DNA of 56,755 nt, counting the filler, from Platydemus manokwari (taxonomy: Eukaryota): assembly GCA_037951405.1 (NCBI GenBank). It is 5 parts of 5 records of this genome, joined end to end, with 100 filler letters (N's around TTAATTAATTAA, not from the genome) between each part and the next. Parts side by side here need not be neighbours in the genome. Positions count along the whole stretch, not along the records: positions 36,084 to 45,836 come from JBBMOY011209543.1; positions 45,937 to 56,755 come from JBBMOY011103665.1; 3 more parts are not named here. One strand, written 5' to 3'. Position 1 is the first letter of the stretch. The number at the start of each line of letters is the position of its first letter. The translations under genes and the position numbers were made by a program. The notes under the pieces were generated by a model. It did not search any database and was not told the DNA's origin. It saw only the letters and a list, made by a program, of their open reading frames with translations. Positions 39,331-51,700 of the stretch are shown one piece after another.

Positions 39331-40594
39331 AATATATTGTATTTAATTTATATCAATGACAGAACTTTTCCAGAATTATAATCAAAAAAATAATCATACA
39401 ATTAAATATTATTTCCATGCAGAATACTTTAATACATTAATACAGGGGTGGTTTTAATACACTAAATTATGCAAATAACGGAGTCGATTTTTTTAAAACC
39501 CCAACATGTTAAAGTAGGAAATAATTTAAGTAGTGATATAGCAAAAAAAACTGCAATCTTTACCGCTAAGATGACCTAACATTGAATCGATACGACGGTA
39601 ATACTTTCGAATTCATCAATTTTGTTAGTTGCTAACACTTTTTTTACGTTGGATTCAAAAGTCATAATTAATAATGCGCAAAAAATATATATGTTTATAT
39701 TACATATTTTCCAAACAAATGTTCTATTATTTTTAGCTTTCTTTAAAAATTCAAATTACCATAACTATAAAAATTTTGTTTTAACACATTTTAATTTTAA
39801 ATTTTATGAATTATTTTTTAAAAAAATTTTGAGAGGTTAGAGTAATGATATGAGCAAGATAAACACAAATATTAAATATTTTCTATATAATCAATTAAAA
39901 ATATTATTTTTTAATTATCAATCGTAATTTAAATTACAAACCTCACAGATTTATGCATGATTATTATACATTGTCACCTCTGGGGTGGATGGTTAGAAAA
40001 GAAGATTATCTCAAAACTACCTTTGTTCTTAAAAAGAATGGTAAAACAAATAAATTGAAAGATAAAAATATTAATTATTGGATGATTTCAAAGGTATCCT
40101 CTCTTTAAGGCTGCGGATAGGTGAAGTAGGCAGAGCCTTTCTCTCATATTTTTATCCAAGAAGTCAAAAACTTCATTAATAGTTGTTTGAATTTGGAATT
40201 AATTAATATTCATAAGTAGGAAAAGTATTCGACGAAAATTCAGAAAGGTTAAACCTATAAAATATATTTTAAAGAACCCATTTTTACCAGGTATCTCAAT
40301 TGATAAACAAAGAGCTTTATCAATGATAAAATTTCGAAATTAAGCTGTTTTAATCAAAATATGATCATAATAAGTTTTTAAATTTTTATAAAAACTTTGT
40401 AAAATGGCATCATTAGAATAAATTCATTAAATAGTTTCAGATAGGTTTTGAAAAGTATTATATTATAATTTCTTTTAATTAGCTAAATACACTCAAGTAA
40501 ATTATCCCGTTTTGCGTTTATTTAAAGAAAGTGAAAATTATATTTTCCTAAAATTTCTTTTCAAAATTTGATTGTATTTTATTGAATTGATATT

Positions 40595-41632
40595 ATGAGT
40601 TCGACAAACATAAATTCAATTTTCAATCTGTTGAATGAATACAAGTTTGAAATAGATGCAAAAATTTTGGAATTTTATAAATGTTCACATTGTGACAATA
40701 TTCTCAACAATGCAAGGCAAATAGAGTGCGGTTGCAAGTTTTGTTGCAAATGTCTGGGGGATTTGATTGCAAATGGATATCAGCATTGCCCTGGAAAGCC
40801 CGATGAATGCAAGAACGCACTATTGTCAAGTGCAGTAATTGATTACAAAATGAATAGAGATATTTCCAATATCGTTGTCACATGTCCATTAATGTGTTCC
40901 AATGAAGACAAACTGATAAACATGGATGGCCATTTGAAGGTGTGCTTGAAGAAACCCATACTGTGCATTTTCAATAGTTTAGGATGTGATATAAACAACC
41001 TGCTGAGAGAAAATAATGATATTCATCTCCAATCGGAATCGATGATGCACATGACGCTGTTGATGGACACAATAAAAAATATGAAAAATGAAATCAAAAG
41101 CATAAAGATTGAAAATGAAAATCTGCGAAATGCGAACGAACAGTTAAAGGAAGAAATGAAGTCTTTGCATTCAGAAATCGAAGCGATCCAGGTAGCGTTA
41201 ACTTTGTGGTCTACATTAGTTATTGATTTTTAGACCAGTGGCAGACTTGTTTTGAAGATCGATAGAATCAATGAAAAAATAAATGAAAACAAAATTGTCC
41301 GAAGCAAATATTTCCATAGCAACATTGAGTCATATAAAATGTCGTTATGGATCTCGATGAACACCAGTGAGCTCGATGTGTGTTTGCATGTTTGGCCCGA
41401 TATCAGAAATCAATATCTCGTTTGGCCTTTTCAAGCCCATGTTACAATTAAAATCAGAAACAACAACAATGCAGTGATTAAGCAAACGAAAGCAGTGCAG
41501 ATCGATGAGCCATTAGGCGACAGTTATGGTTGCAGTGATAGATTTTATTTTTATTATTCCGAATTGATCAGAGAGAAATTATTTACTGACAACTATTTCA
41601 TTATAGATTGCATTGTTGATGAATTAATTTAG
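40595..41632 (+). CDS. TRAF-like protein (RING, TRAF-type zinc finger, coiled coil, MATH); exons 40595-41191 and 41234-41632; 331 aa
   Basis: ORF1 has a RING (CSHC...CGCKFCCKC...CP), a C/H zinc-finger region (CPLMC...HLKVC...C...GC...H) and a heptad coil. A 42-nt GT..AG intron (41192-41233) joins it in frame to a MATH-like ORF (YKMSLWI, LVWPF, YGC..F, IIDCIV). Confidence 0.9.
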
Positions 41633-43139
41633 TGATTGATTAATTTATTTATTTATTGGTTTATTGATTTATTAATGTCTATTTGCAATTGCAATTTTAT
41701 TGATTTGAATCAAGTTGATATTTGAATTGTGTTAACTGATAAAAATTATTGACAATATATCATTATGGCCAATCCCATTTTGTCGATGTGAAGGAAGATC
41801 GATAGCAATTTAGAATCAAATTCGTACCTAAATTAGAATCTCAGTCGCTGACCAGACAAGATAGTGTTAGAGCAAAAATCAATCGATATTGAAATGCTTT
41901 ACAAATTCGTCAGTTTCCAGATGAAAGTTGGAAAAGTGTAATTATTAAATTTTATAAGAGTGTTTCGTAGGTATTCAGTTCTTCTTTTCTAATTTTTAAG
42001 AACTACGTATCTGAATATGATTTATCTATATAAACATTGATATTGGATATGCTACAAGTAAATCAGTAAAATAGTCGCAGAAGACTTTTCAATTTTCTCA
42101 CATTTCTTGTAAGAACCAATGGTCCTATATCAATGTCCTGTGCTTCTCTTTCCATTGGTACACTTTTTGTTGGAACTCATCTTAAAAATCAATTACAAAA
42201 AATTTCACCCTTTTTTGATATTCTCATTTACTTTCAATTATTTATTCATTCTTTGCCACTTTGTTCCGAATAAGCTTCGAAAATAATTCTAAATAAACAT
42301 TCAAACATTGATAGATCATAACAATCACAATTAATTCAATTTATTTTGTGTTACAGTAGACAAAAATTGATTTCGTGTTATAATTGATTTTTGTTTAATT
42401 GGTTTACAAATACTTTATTATCTTTGTGTGTTCTGGTATTATTATTTTTATGTAAGAAGATGAGAGGTTTGTAAGAATAACAGTGGTCGTTATAGGAAAG
42501 TGTTCAACTTTCAAAATAATAATAAAAATAATAAAATGTCAAGAGAAGTAAAAATAAGAATTAATAATAAAATAATAAAAACATTATGATTAAAATACGA
42601 TTAAGTTACGATTTCCCACGGTAAAAATTAGATAATTTATATGAAAATTTAAGGTTAGAATTAAGATACTGACAAAAGTGACCACTCACATAAAGGACTA
42701 TCAATATAAAAACCACAATGTGATCCATTCAACCAACACTGAAACTAGACGACACGAATTTTACTTGATCAAAGACAACGTTTCAAATAGTATTAAACAT
42801 CGAACCGATTTGCTAAATTTAATCACGACAAAGACGCTGCGATTAATATTTTCGGGGCAATAATTTTTAATATAAATCCATTAGATGACCTTTACATTAG
42901 TATAGCTACCAATACTTGATACTGAACCCCTTCTAAAGTCAGTAAAGTTAAATATTCAAAACAGCACCCCCAAAATATTTAATATATTTTTTACTTGTAT
43001 TATTTTAATTTGATATACATGTGTTGATGTCCAATAGAATAGAATGATGAAATTTATACGTTACCAAAGCGAATTTAACAGTGCATACATAAATGATTCT
43101 AAAATTCAATCAAAACTTCCAAAACTTGGCGACTTATTA

Positions 43140-43520
43140 GCAAATGATCATCTTTAAATCGGTATGTATACTTGAGATTTATGTGCAATGTGTGCATCAT
43201 GTTGTTATTTGATCTTTTATTTCTTCAGTCCAATTGAATTTTTGGAATTTGTGTAACTGGAATTGGTCACTGTGTAGTTTTATAAAGTTGTTTAAATAAT
43301 GGAATTAAATATATAATTTGGTGTCATGTATTTTCAGATCGCTTACGATGCATGTTTTATAAAATTATGGTGGCTAACAATATTGATAAAATTTCTTTAA
43401 ATAAATGTGTTGGGCTTCCGGGAAAATATCAATAAACATTTTTGCATGCAATTGATTTTGATGTATCAAAGTATCATTTTTTATCGTTTTATTGTAAAAA
43501 TATTGATTCTGGTGTGCAAT
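43140..43520 (-). mobile_element. Gypsy RT/connection-domain remnant, one of four copies (also about 12310-12620 minus, 19500-19800 plus, 25150-25620 minus)
   Basis: Translates FHYLNNFIK...QKFNWTEE. Shares TATACTTGAGATTT with 12340 and, inverted, ATCTCAAGTATA at 19711; the 12.4 kb and 25.2 kb copies share TTTAA.TC.TCT.TGATT...TGGTTGCTAT. Confidence 0.55.
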
Positions 43521-43859
43521 TCTTATCTTTTTGTTTCAATAGTTAAGAAGAATATTATATAAATTCTAACCCTTAAAAAATAGTTTGGTATTTTTAGTCA
43601 TCAATATAAATGTTAATAATAACAACAATTTAATCGGAATTATATTTAGTTAAATATTGGGTAAAATCTTTTATCATAATTAAAATATTAAACGTTTTAA
43701 TTTATGATAATATTTTAGTTCAATCTTTTTATCACAATTAAATATGACAATAATTTAGTTTAATTTAGGATAAAATTCTTAATTAATTTCGAATTAAAAT
43801 AAAATTAATTAAAATGAAAATAAGTTAATAATTTTTATTTTCCACTTAGTGACTAAAAA

Positions 43860-44340
43860 TTATCAACCCTATTTTCGCGAAATTACCCACATATAAAAAT
43901 AATGCGAAACAATAAAACCCGCATATTTTATTAAACCCGAATGAATTCCAATTATTCGTGAAAACGTATATAAGGCAGTAAAAACATGTGCCTTTCGAAC
44001 CATCTGTTACATAAAGAACCTCCCCCCTTTTGAAGAAACCACTAGGATAGTGCGTTGTGAAAATCGATAATCGAAGAAACTAATTTTGCCACCGAAACCC
44101 TCAATTTGTATGAAGCCATGCAATCCATTTTAAACCCTATAGTAATAATGGAAGAGTATTTAATTATATTGTCCATCCGGAGTCGAGATCACGTAAGAAT
44201 AATTCCTGTAAAATACATATTACCTAATATATCTCGCATATTCTTCCTATCTATCGAGCCTAGGTCGGAAAAAACTTGAAGAAACGGACACTGACCCAAT
44301 AGCACTAAGGGTAACTGTTGGTCCAACATCTACTTCCTTG
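43860..44340 (+). repeat. LTR-like dispersed repeat, copy 3
   Basis: TATATAAGGCAGT..CTGTTACATA and CGCATATTCTTCCTATCTAT shared with the other copies; lies upstream of the GPY/F remnant. Confidence 0.55.
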
Positions 44341-44849
44341 AATTGTATATAAATTCCGTCGTTTATGTGTATAAAAGTAGTTGTATAAAATCATTGTATA
44401 TTGCATTTATTGCTAATAATTGTATACAGTACCGTACAAGTAGTAATTTATAGCCCCATCGTAGCAATTGGTGTATAATTGTAATAACAATAAACATTAA
44501 TAACCCGAATATCGAGTTGATTTTTGAATTGCTTGTTGACATCATCAATTCATAATATATATACGTCATTATCATTCATCACCGATTTTGGGAATAATTT
44601 TGTAAAATTAATAAGAGAGACTGATAATAAGAATGAAGAGACGATAATAAAGGAAAGAGATAAGAATAAAATAATAGTAATTATTTCTACGCCGATCCAC
44701 TTATCTCCATAAGTTGCGATATTCAAAGCGAATAAACATCATATTACTACCTGAGGGTCATGACGTACTCAGAGTACTGATACGACGTAGAATTCGACCA
44801 ATCAAAAAGAATAATAGTAAAGAATAAAAGAGAGTGATCCCAAAACGTG

Positions 44850-45050
44850 ACAAATGTCATAAATTTTAGTTAAAAAATAAGGTGCTAGTTCGCGTAGATC
44901 CTTATAAGAGGAAGAAGAATGGATACCAGTACGAAGGCCCTTATTGAATTACTGGATTCAAGCCAGACAGACAAGTCGAGATTCAATTCAGAGGATTAGA
45001 GTGGCTGAAACGGTAGAGCGTACCTTGAGAGGTGGCGAGTAACGTGATGA
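44850..45050 (+). mobile_element. Gypsy integrase C-terminal GPY/F remnant
   Basis: KVLVRVDPYKRKKNGYQYEGPY*ITG, followed by a purine-rich tract. Confidence 0.65.
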
Positions 45051-45938
45051 AATAAAGAAACACGTTGTATTTGTTAAAATAATTGATTGGGGGATTAGTT
45101 TAGAATTTTAAAATAAATATTATGCCTTGCAAGTGTCAATGACGTAACTAGTCTAACAAAAATTTTAGTTAAAACTAGATTACAGTAATATTTTTCTTTG
45201 ACAAAGAGAGGTTGGTAAAACAAATTCTTATTTGATATATTGAAACAAAATATTTAGAATTATTTATTTTTAATTTTGAAAAATTTTACGCTTTTTGTGT
45301 TAAAGATGATTTTATATTTATAAAAAATTATTTATTTTATTTCAGGAAATTTTGTGCTGGTTTTTTGTGTAAAAAATTGGTAATGGATTCCCATTAATTA
45401 TTTAAATTAAAATCGTGACTTTATTTAATCAGCCATAATTGTCGCCAATTATATTTTATTGTAATATTTGTCATTTTTACTGGTTTTATTTATCGTTCTA
45501 AGTTCTTTATTTCTATAAAATAGCCACATCTACTAGAGTACTGTTTTAATAAAATTATTATTAGCTTTATATATTTGGAAGTAAATCGAAAACAAACTAC
45601 ATTGTTACAAGTCATTCGTAAATGTAGAGTTCCTTTAGATTATTTAATCTAAATTGAATATGATAATTTGCTCACTTGAATGTCTGTATTGGACCTCGTA
45701 AATAGGTTTTTTTAGGTATAAGTTTGGATTAACTTTTCCCTAATTTTTAAATATTAGAGATGATTTGTCTAAATTGAATTAAACATACACCTTGACTCGA
45801 TTAGCCTTTTATCATTTATTCAAAAATTAGTTATTTNNNNNNNNNNNNNNNNNNNNNNNNNNNNNNNNNNNNNNNNNNNNTTAATTAATTAANNNNNNNN
45901 NNNNNNNNNNNNNNNNNNNNNNNNNNNNNNNNNNNNAT

Positions 45939-46250
45939 TGTAAATATGTGTGGAAATCTTATCAGAATTTGATTCGTGTGAGAGCTTACAAAATATTTCT
46001 CAAAATCAAATTGATTTGTCAAGACGATCCTTTCATGGAGAAATCTCAAACGAGAAGGCTTGTAAGGAAATGTTTGTCATCATTTGAAGATGAAGATAAT
46101 GAGTTGTTATCGATTGGTACAAAGTTAAAATGGATTCATAAATTGTATTTTGAAAAAGTAGAAGAAATGAAATGTAATAAAATGGAAGAAGTGTGTAGAA
46201 TTGAAGAATATCCCAATGTTGGATCGCTGATATCCATGAGTAGAATTTGA
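45939..46250 (+). CDS. C-terminal part of an unknown protein, 5' part lost in gap
   Basis: Frame is open from the gap edge (CKYVWKSYQNL...) for about 100 codons with protein-like composition; AATAAA about 90 nt after the stop. Confidence 0.45.
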   Translation, partial: CKYVWKSYQNLIRVRAYKIFLKIKLICQDDPFMEKSQTRRLVRKCLSSFEDEDNELLSIGTKLKWIHKLYFEKVEEMKCNKMEEVCRIEEYPNVGSLISMSRI

Positions 46251-48747
46251 AGATTTTATCTTCATTGAAATGAAATCTGATAGAATCTGATAAGATTCGG
46301 AATGATTATTTGTTTATATTTCAAGATTATTTGTTTTGTTTTAATAAATTATTATTATTATTTTATTATTATTTCTTGATAATGTGTTAACAATTGTTTA
46401 AATTTAAAAATTTGCATTATTTTTAAATTTTTAGTTTGAACAAACGCTCAATATTTTCATTTCAATTTTCCATTGTTTTTCGGTCTTTTCATTGGCAGTG
46501 AATTGATCTGGAAAAGTCTAAAATTAAATAAAATTTAAGATCAAAATTGAGCAATAAAAATTTATTTATAAATATTTTTAAAATTCTTATTTCAAACTAG
46601 TTTTGGTATTTCGTACCCTTATTTTTATTTTTTTTCTTGATTCATTTTCATCCTTACTTTATTATTTTATTTTATTTTTTCGTTAAACTTGTTTCATCCT
46701 GATTTGTAAATGATATATATATATATATATATATATATTATTTTATAAATTTTATAAACATTCAATAATAAAATTATCAGATCGGTTCATCAACATTGCA
46801 GTATTTTTGGAGTTTTGAGTAAAGCTAAATTTCGATAAGTTTATATTGAGGCCGTCTTCAACATAATTTTAAAATAATTACTTAAATGATGTCAAAATCT
46901 TTGAAAAATTTCAAATTACTAAATTTTATCTTATGAATTTTCCATAAAGATTCATAATAAAGTTTTTGACAATAATGAAAGTTTTTATAATTATCTTTAT
47001 TGATGGAAACCTGCTGAGTTGGGTTAAATTAATAATAATTAATAATATTAATTGGTGATAAATTAATAATAAATCAACGATTTTTCAACCGATAATTTAC
47101 TAAACGTGAGACCCTGAGTCAGAGATTGGTGTTTCCAGAAATATTTGAATCTTCACAAAATAATAGGTTGTATATAATATAAATAATAAAAATATGATAA
47201 ATTACTTTATTATAACTTATAACTTATAATTTTATTATTATTATACTTTATTATAATTAGATTTTAGAAAGATAAGCTTGTCGTGCTCTGAAGAGTTTTA
47301 TCAGTAATGAAAAACCGCCGAGCTAAGTGGAGCCCCACTGCAGTATGAAAACTAAAGAAATATGATTTTAGAACTCACAAATTAAGTTACGACTCTCCTC
47401 TCGGAGAATGATATCCAATTGTCTTTGAAACAAAGTATATTTACCATTGCAATTTTGACATAAACGTGCTGAATATAGAAAATTGAAATGTTTGGTTCGC
47501 TGAGTCGAGCTGATACTCAGAGTAGTACTGAAGTAATGAATATAGCATAGAACTTGAATATGGAGCTTTGAATTCGTTTGGTTTTGTGGTGAAAATACTG
47601 AATTTTACTTCAGTATTTGGGATGTTGGCGCATGAATAATTTTATATTTAATTTGTTAATTCCTTTGGCAATATCCACCGTTGTCATGGCAATTTGAATT
47701 TATATTTGAATTTCTTTGACTATGCTTATTAATGTCATGGCAACGAGGATTAATAATCATTTTTCAAAAATTTCATGGTTATTATTAATATAGTTTCGCC
47801 CACACTTCGCCTACATCTTAATTAATGTTAGTTTATTTACGATTTTTATTATTTTTTTTATTATTATGTAATGTAAGGCTTGCAGACTGCATGGGTTATT
47901 ATTAACCTGACATTATTACTAAAATTATTGGAATACTAAAAATAAAATCTTTTAACTCATCTTTGCCGCTGTTATTTATTTTTGATTATTATCACAATTT
48001 TTAGTTATTTTCAAACAAATGAATTCATTCAAATTAATTCTACAAATTACTCTGTGAAATAAATTTTATTAATCGAATATAAAAATTTCACTTTTATTAT
48101 TAATCTAATTAGGTGTTTTCAAAAAATTTCAATTTTACTAAGTACCCAATCGTTAGATTGGATCAAATGTTTTAGTGCCAATAAAATTCCACTATTGGTT
48201 CAGAGTATTTCAATTCATACAAACAGAAAAAAATTTATAAAAGGAACTATTGGTATTTCTCGAATGAAACAAATTAATCTTAAAATCTTTCACACAGTGG
48301 ATTTTAAAATTTGATTAAGCAAAAAATATTTATTATTACTGAAATCGTTCTTTCTCTTAGGCGTTTGTTAACTCTTGTTTAGTGTTCTATCGTTGAATCG
48401 ACTACCATGTATTTCAAATTATCGCTATATTTTTATTTTAATATCGAATTTTAAGGTAAACTTTGTCTCGATTTTTGTTCAACATGTTTAAAAAACCCGA
48501 AATGATTTGATAATTTCTATTAATAATATTTAACAATCATTATGATAATCTTTATGTTAACATTTTACGGTGATAAATTCTTTGTTTTTTTGTGGGAAAA
48601 TTTTATCGATTGGTTTATTGGGAATTGTTTCAGAAATTGGAGAATAGCATAAGAGATAAAATAAAAATAGATAAAAATAATAAATTCAACACAATAATTG
48701 ATGTATATCACATTCAATCTATCTGATGAACAAACACAATCCAATCA

Positions 48748-51700
48748 TTAATATTCCAAAGGCCGAGTATCACTTTTAGCTTTCAAAGTTTCTTGAAGAA
48801 GCAAGTGCTCCAATAATCCCGATCTAATCAACATTTGTTTCATTTCCATTTTCAATTTCTGCATAGCTTGCCGCAATCGTGCAACAGGCCAACCGTCGGA
48901 CATGTTGGTACCGCGTTCTTCCATTTGCTGTTTGACTCTATCGAGTTCCTCGGTGAGTTCTGTCAATAATCTACTTCGTTGATTAATGCCTCCACTAGCT
49001 TCCTTACGCTTTTCTCGCACGACGACGAGATCTTCCTGGTGACAAAAATCAATCCTAACGTCAATAATCATTCTTCATCAATAATCAGATACTTGAGCAA
49101 GTCTGTAATCCGACAATTTGTGTTCCACTTGATTGTTGAGATATTTTTCTCGGGTTGCTATTTTTTCAACTGATTTATTTAAATCATCAAATATTCTGTC
49201 AAGGTGAGGTCGAGTTTCATCGTAACACTTTTTCAATTCTGATTGATATTGATGCATTTGATCTCTATGTGTTCTCCAATCGCGACTTTCGTTTCTAATG
49301 GTTACCTGGTGTAAAGATTATCTTTGTTTTTAATTTGCATGTTTGGGAGATTTAAAGGGAAAATTGCATAGAGAAAATTACTTTCAGTTGTGGTAAGACT
49401 CGTTCTACTTCAAGGAGCCATTCAGCGGAATCAACAGTAGATTCAATTATTCCTTCAAGCTTCACTGGTTTACTATCTTTGTCAAAATCAGTGCTATTCT
49501 TATTCTTGAAGTTCAACATGTTAAGACCTATAGAAAAGGTTTTTCATAAATAAATCTAGTCGTACAGAGAGTATAAGATCTTTAGACGTATTATTAATAT
49601 ATTTATTCAATCAAACACTTCATTTTTCTTAGAGAATCGCTTACAGATGATTTATTATAATAATATGAAAAACATTCTCACAAAAGATGGTAATTGTAAA
49701 ATTTCTCAATAAATAAATGTAATTAAATGAAATAAATGATTAGCCAATTGCTCAAAGTCTTGCTCGAAACAGCTCGACTAAGAGCGCGGTATCGGTTAAA
49801 GTTTTCAATTAGCAAAAACACCATGTCAGAAAAAATCACCATTCCCTGGTGTTCATACCAATGCGCACAGATAAAGAATTGTGAAATAATGAGAATATAT
49901 TGTTGGAAACAATGGTCAATGATAGTGAATTATTACATAAGAATATATAATGCAATCCTCCTCTAAAATAACTTTATTTACTTGTGAGATTCCAGTGAAA
50001 AAATTTAAAAATGTTCAAGATAATTCTGGTGTGTATCAATTATTTAATTCTAACAATGATGATCCAAAATATTGATCAACTCAGTAATCTGAAGAAATAA
50101 ATATATGAACATTTTAAAAATCCCAAGGCATTGGTAAATGAAGTATAAAACAAATGAAAACTTTTTATTATTGAGTTTAAATCCTATGTGTGCAAAAATA
50201 CTAAGTGAAGACCGACATATTAAAAATAATTTTTGTAGAACAAACGAATTCATGTAAGATTGAGGAATTCATTCATATTCATTAATAATGAAGGTATTAG
50301 GTTAAAACCCGCATAGGACTGAACTTATCAATTACATTCTTGAAGATAAATTTGAAATATTTGAATAATAATCATATTCAACACTGAATAGTATCCCAAT
50401 TTGAACGAGAATAAATCCATTAAATATAGATTGAAAAATAGTGCAATCCTTGGAAAAGAATGCATTTAAATATAATAATACATAATATAATACCATCGGA
50501 TTTATATAAATTAGAATCGAATGCCAGTAAAATTATAGTAACAAATATGGACAGGTTATTTGTATAAATTAAAGAAATGTGAAGATAGATAAAATTTTAA
50601 CCTTTAATTCGGTGCTACACAACTTTTCATCGCATTGTCAATAAAATTAACTTCTCTTTAGTCCATGCTTTTTGATTAGTTTAGACTTTTAGATATCCCA
50701 GACTTTTGCACTCGTCCTATTTCAATAATTGGTAAAGTTATTTGCTATTATCAGTCGTACATTAGCTTTATTACAGATTGATAATAAATAAATTTATGAA
50801 GTTCTAAAGAAGTTAACGTTAGCCTGATAGTATATATATATATATAACTTACACAATGTGTTGATATATATATATGTCAAGCTGTAAAGAAGTCAATGTA
50901 AGACCGATAATAACAAATAGCTACTACTTAATGAAAACACCTAATCAGAAGGAATGAACTCACGAGAAGTTCATTTTATTGACAACACGCTGAAATATTG
51001 TGTAGTTTAGAAACGACGTAATCTCACATTTTGACGGAACAAACCAATTATACAGAGGAATTCAAATCAATTTTTGATAATATAAAATAACATTCGAGTA
51101 TTTCTAAAATATATTCGAAGATATCAAACATTGCAATTTAATAATATGAAAAATATTGGTGATTTGTTCTCATTTCCCGGTTGTTCGCTATAAAGTTACA
51201 CACACACAGACACACATATATAGTTTATTTTGGAGAAACATATGGTTATGAAATATATATTCAATTACAATCGGTACCCGCGGTCAAACGGTTATTGATA
51301 GTGATTTGAATTAAGTGAGTGGAATTCGAATTTCCTATTGAGATACTCATGGATTTATGAAATGGAGAGCACAACTCGATATTAATGAGTAGAAAAGACT
51401 ACGAAATCGATATATCAATAAATTACCTGATGAATTGGAATTGACGATAGTTCACACGACAAACCAACATAATCTTTGATCGTAAAATGATTTTGATTAT
51501 AAGATTTTATAAGTTTATGGATAAAACATTAACTCACTTTCCAAGTCCAACATGTTTTCTTCTTCGTCATCATCGAGCTCATCGTTATTGAATTTACTGT
51601 CAAACTCATCATTATCACTGTTTTCATTAACATCTTCATCGATAACGTTCTCATTCGATATATTACCTTCATCTTTATATTTTGGTAGAGACCAAATGAA

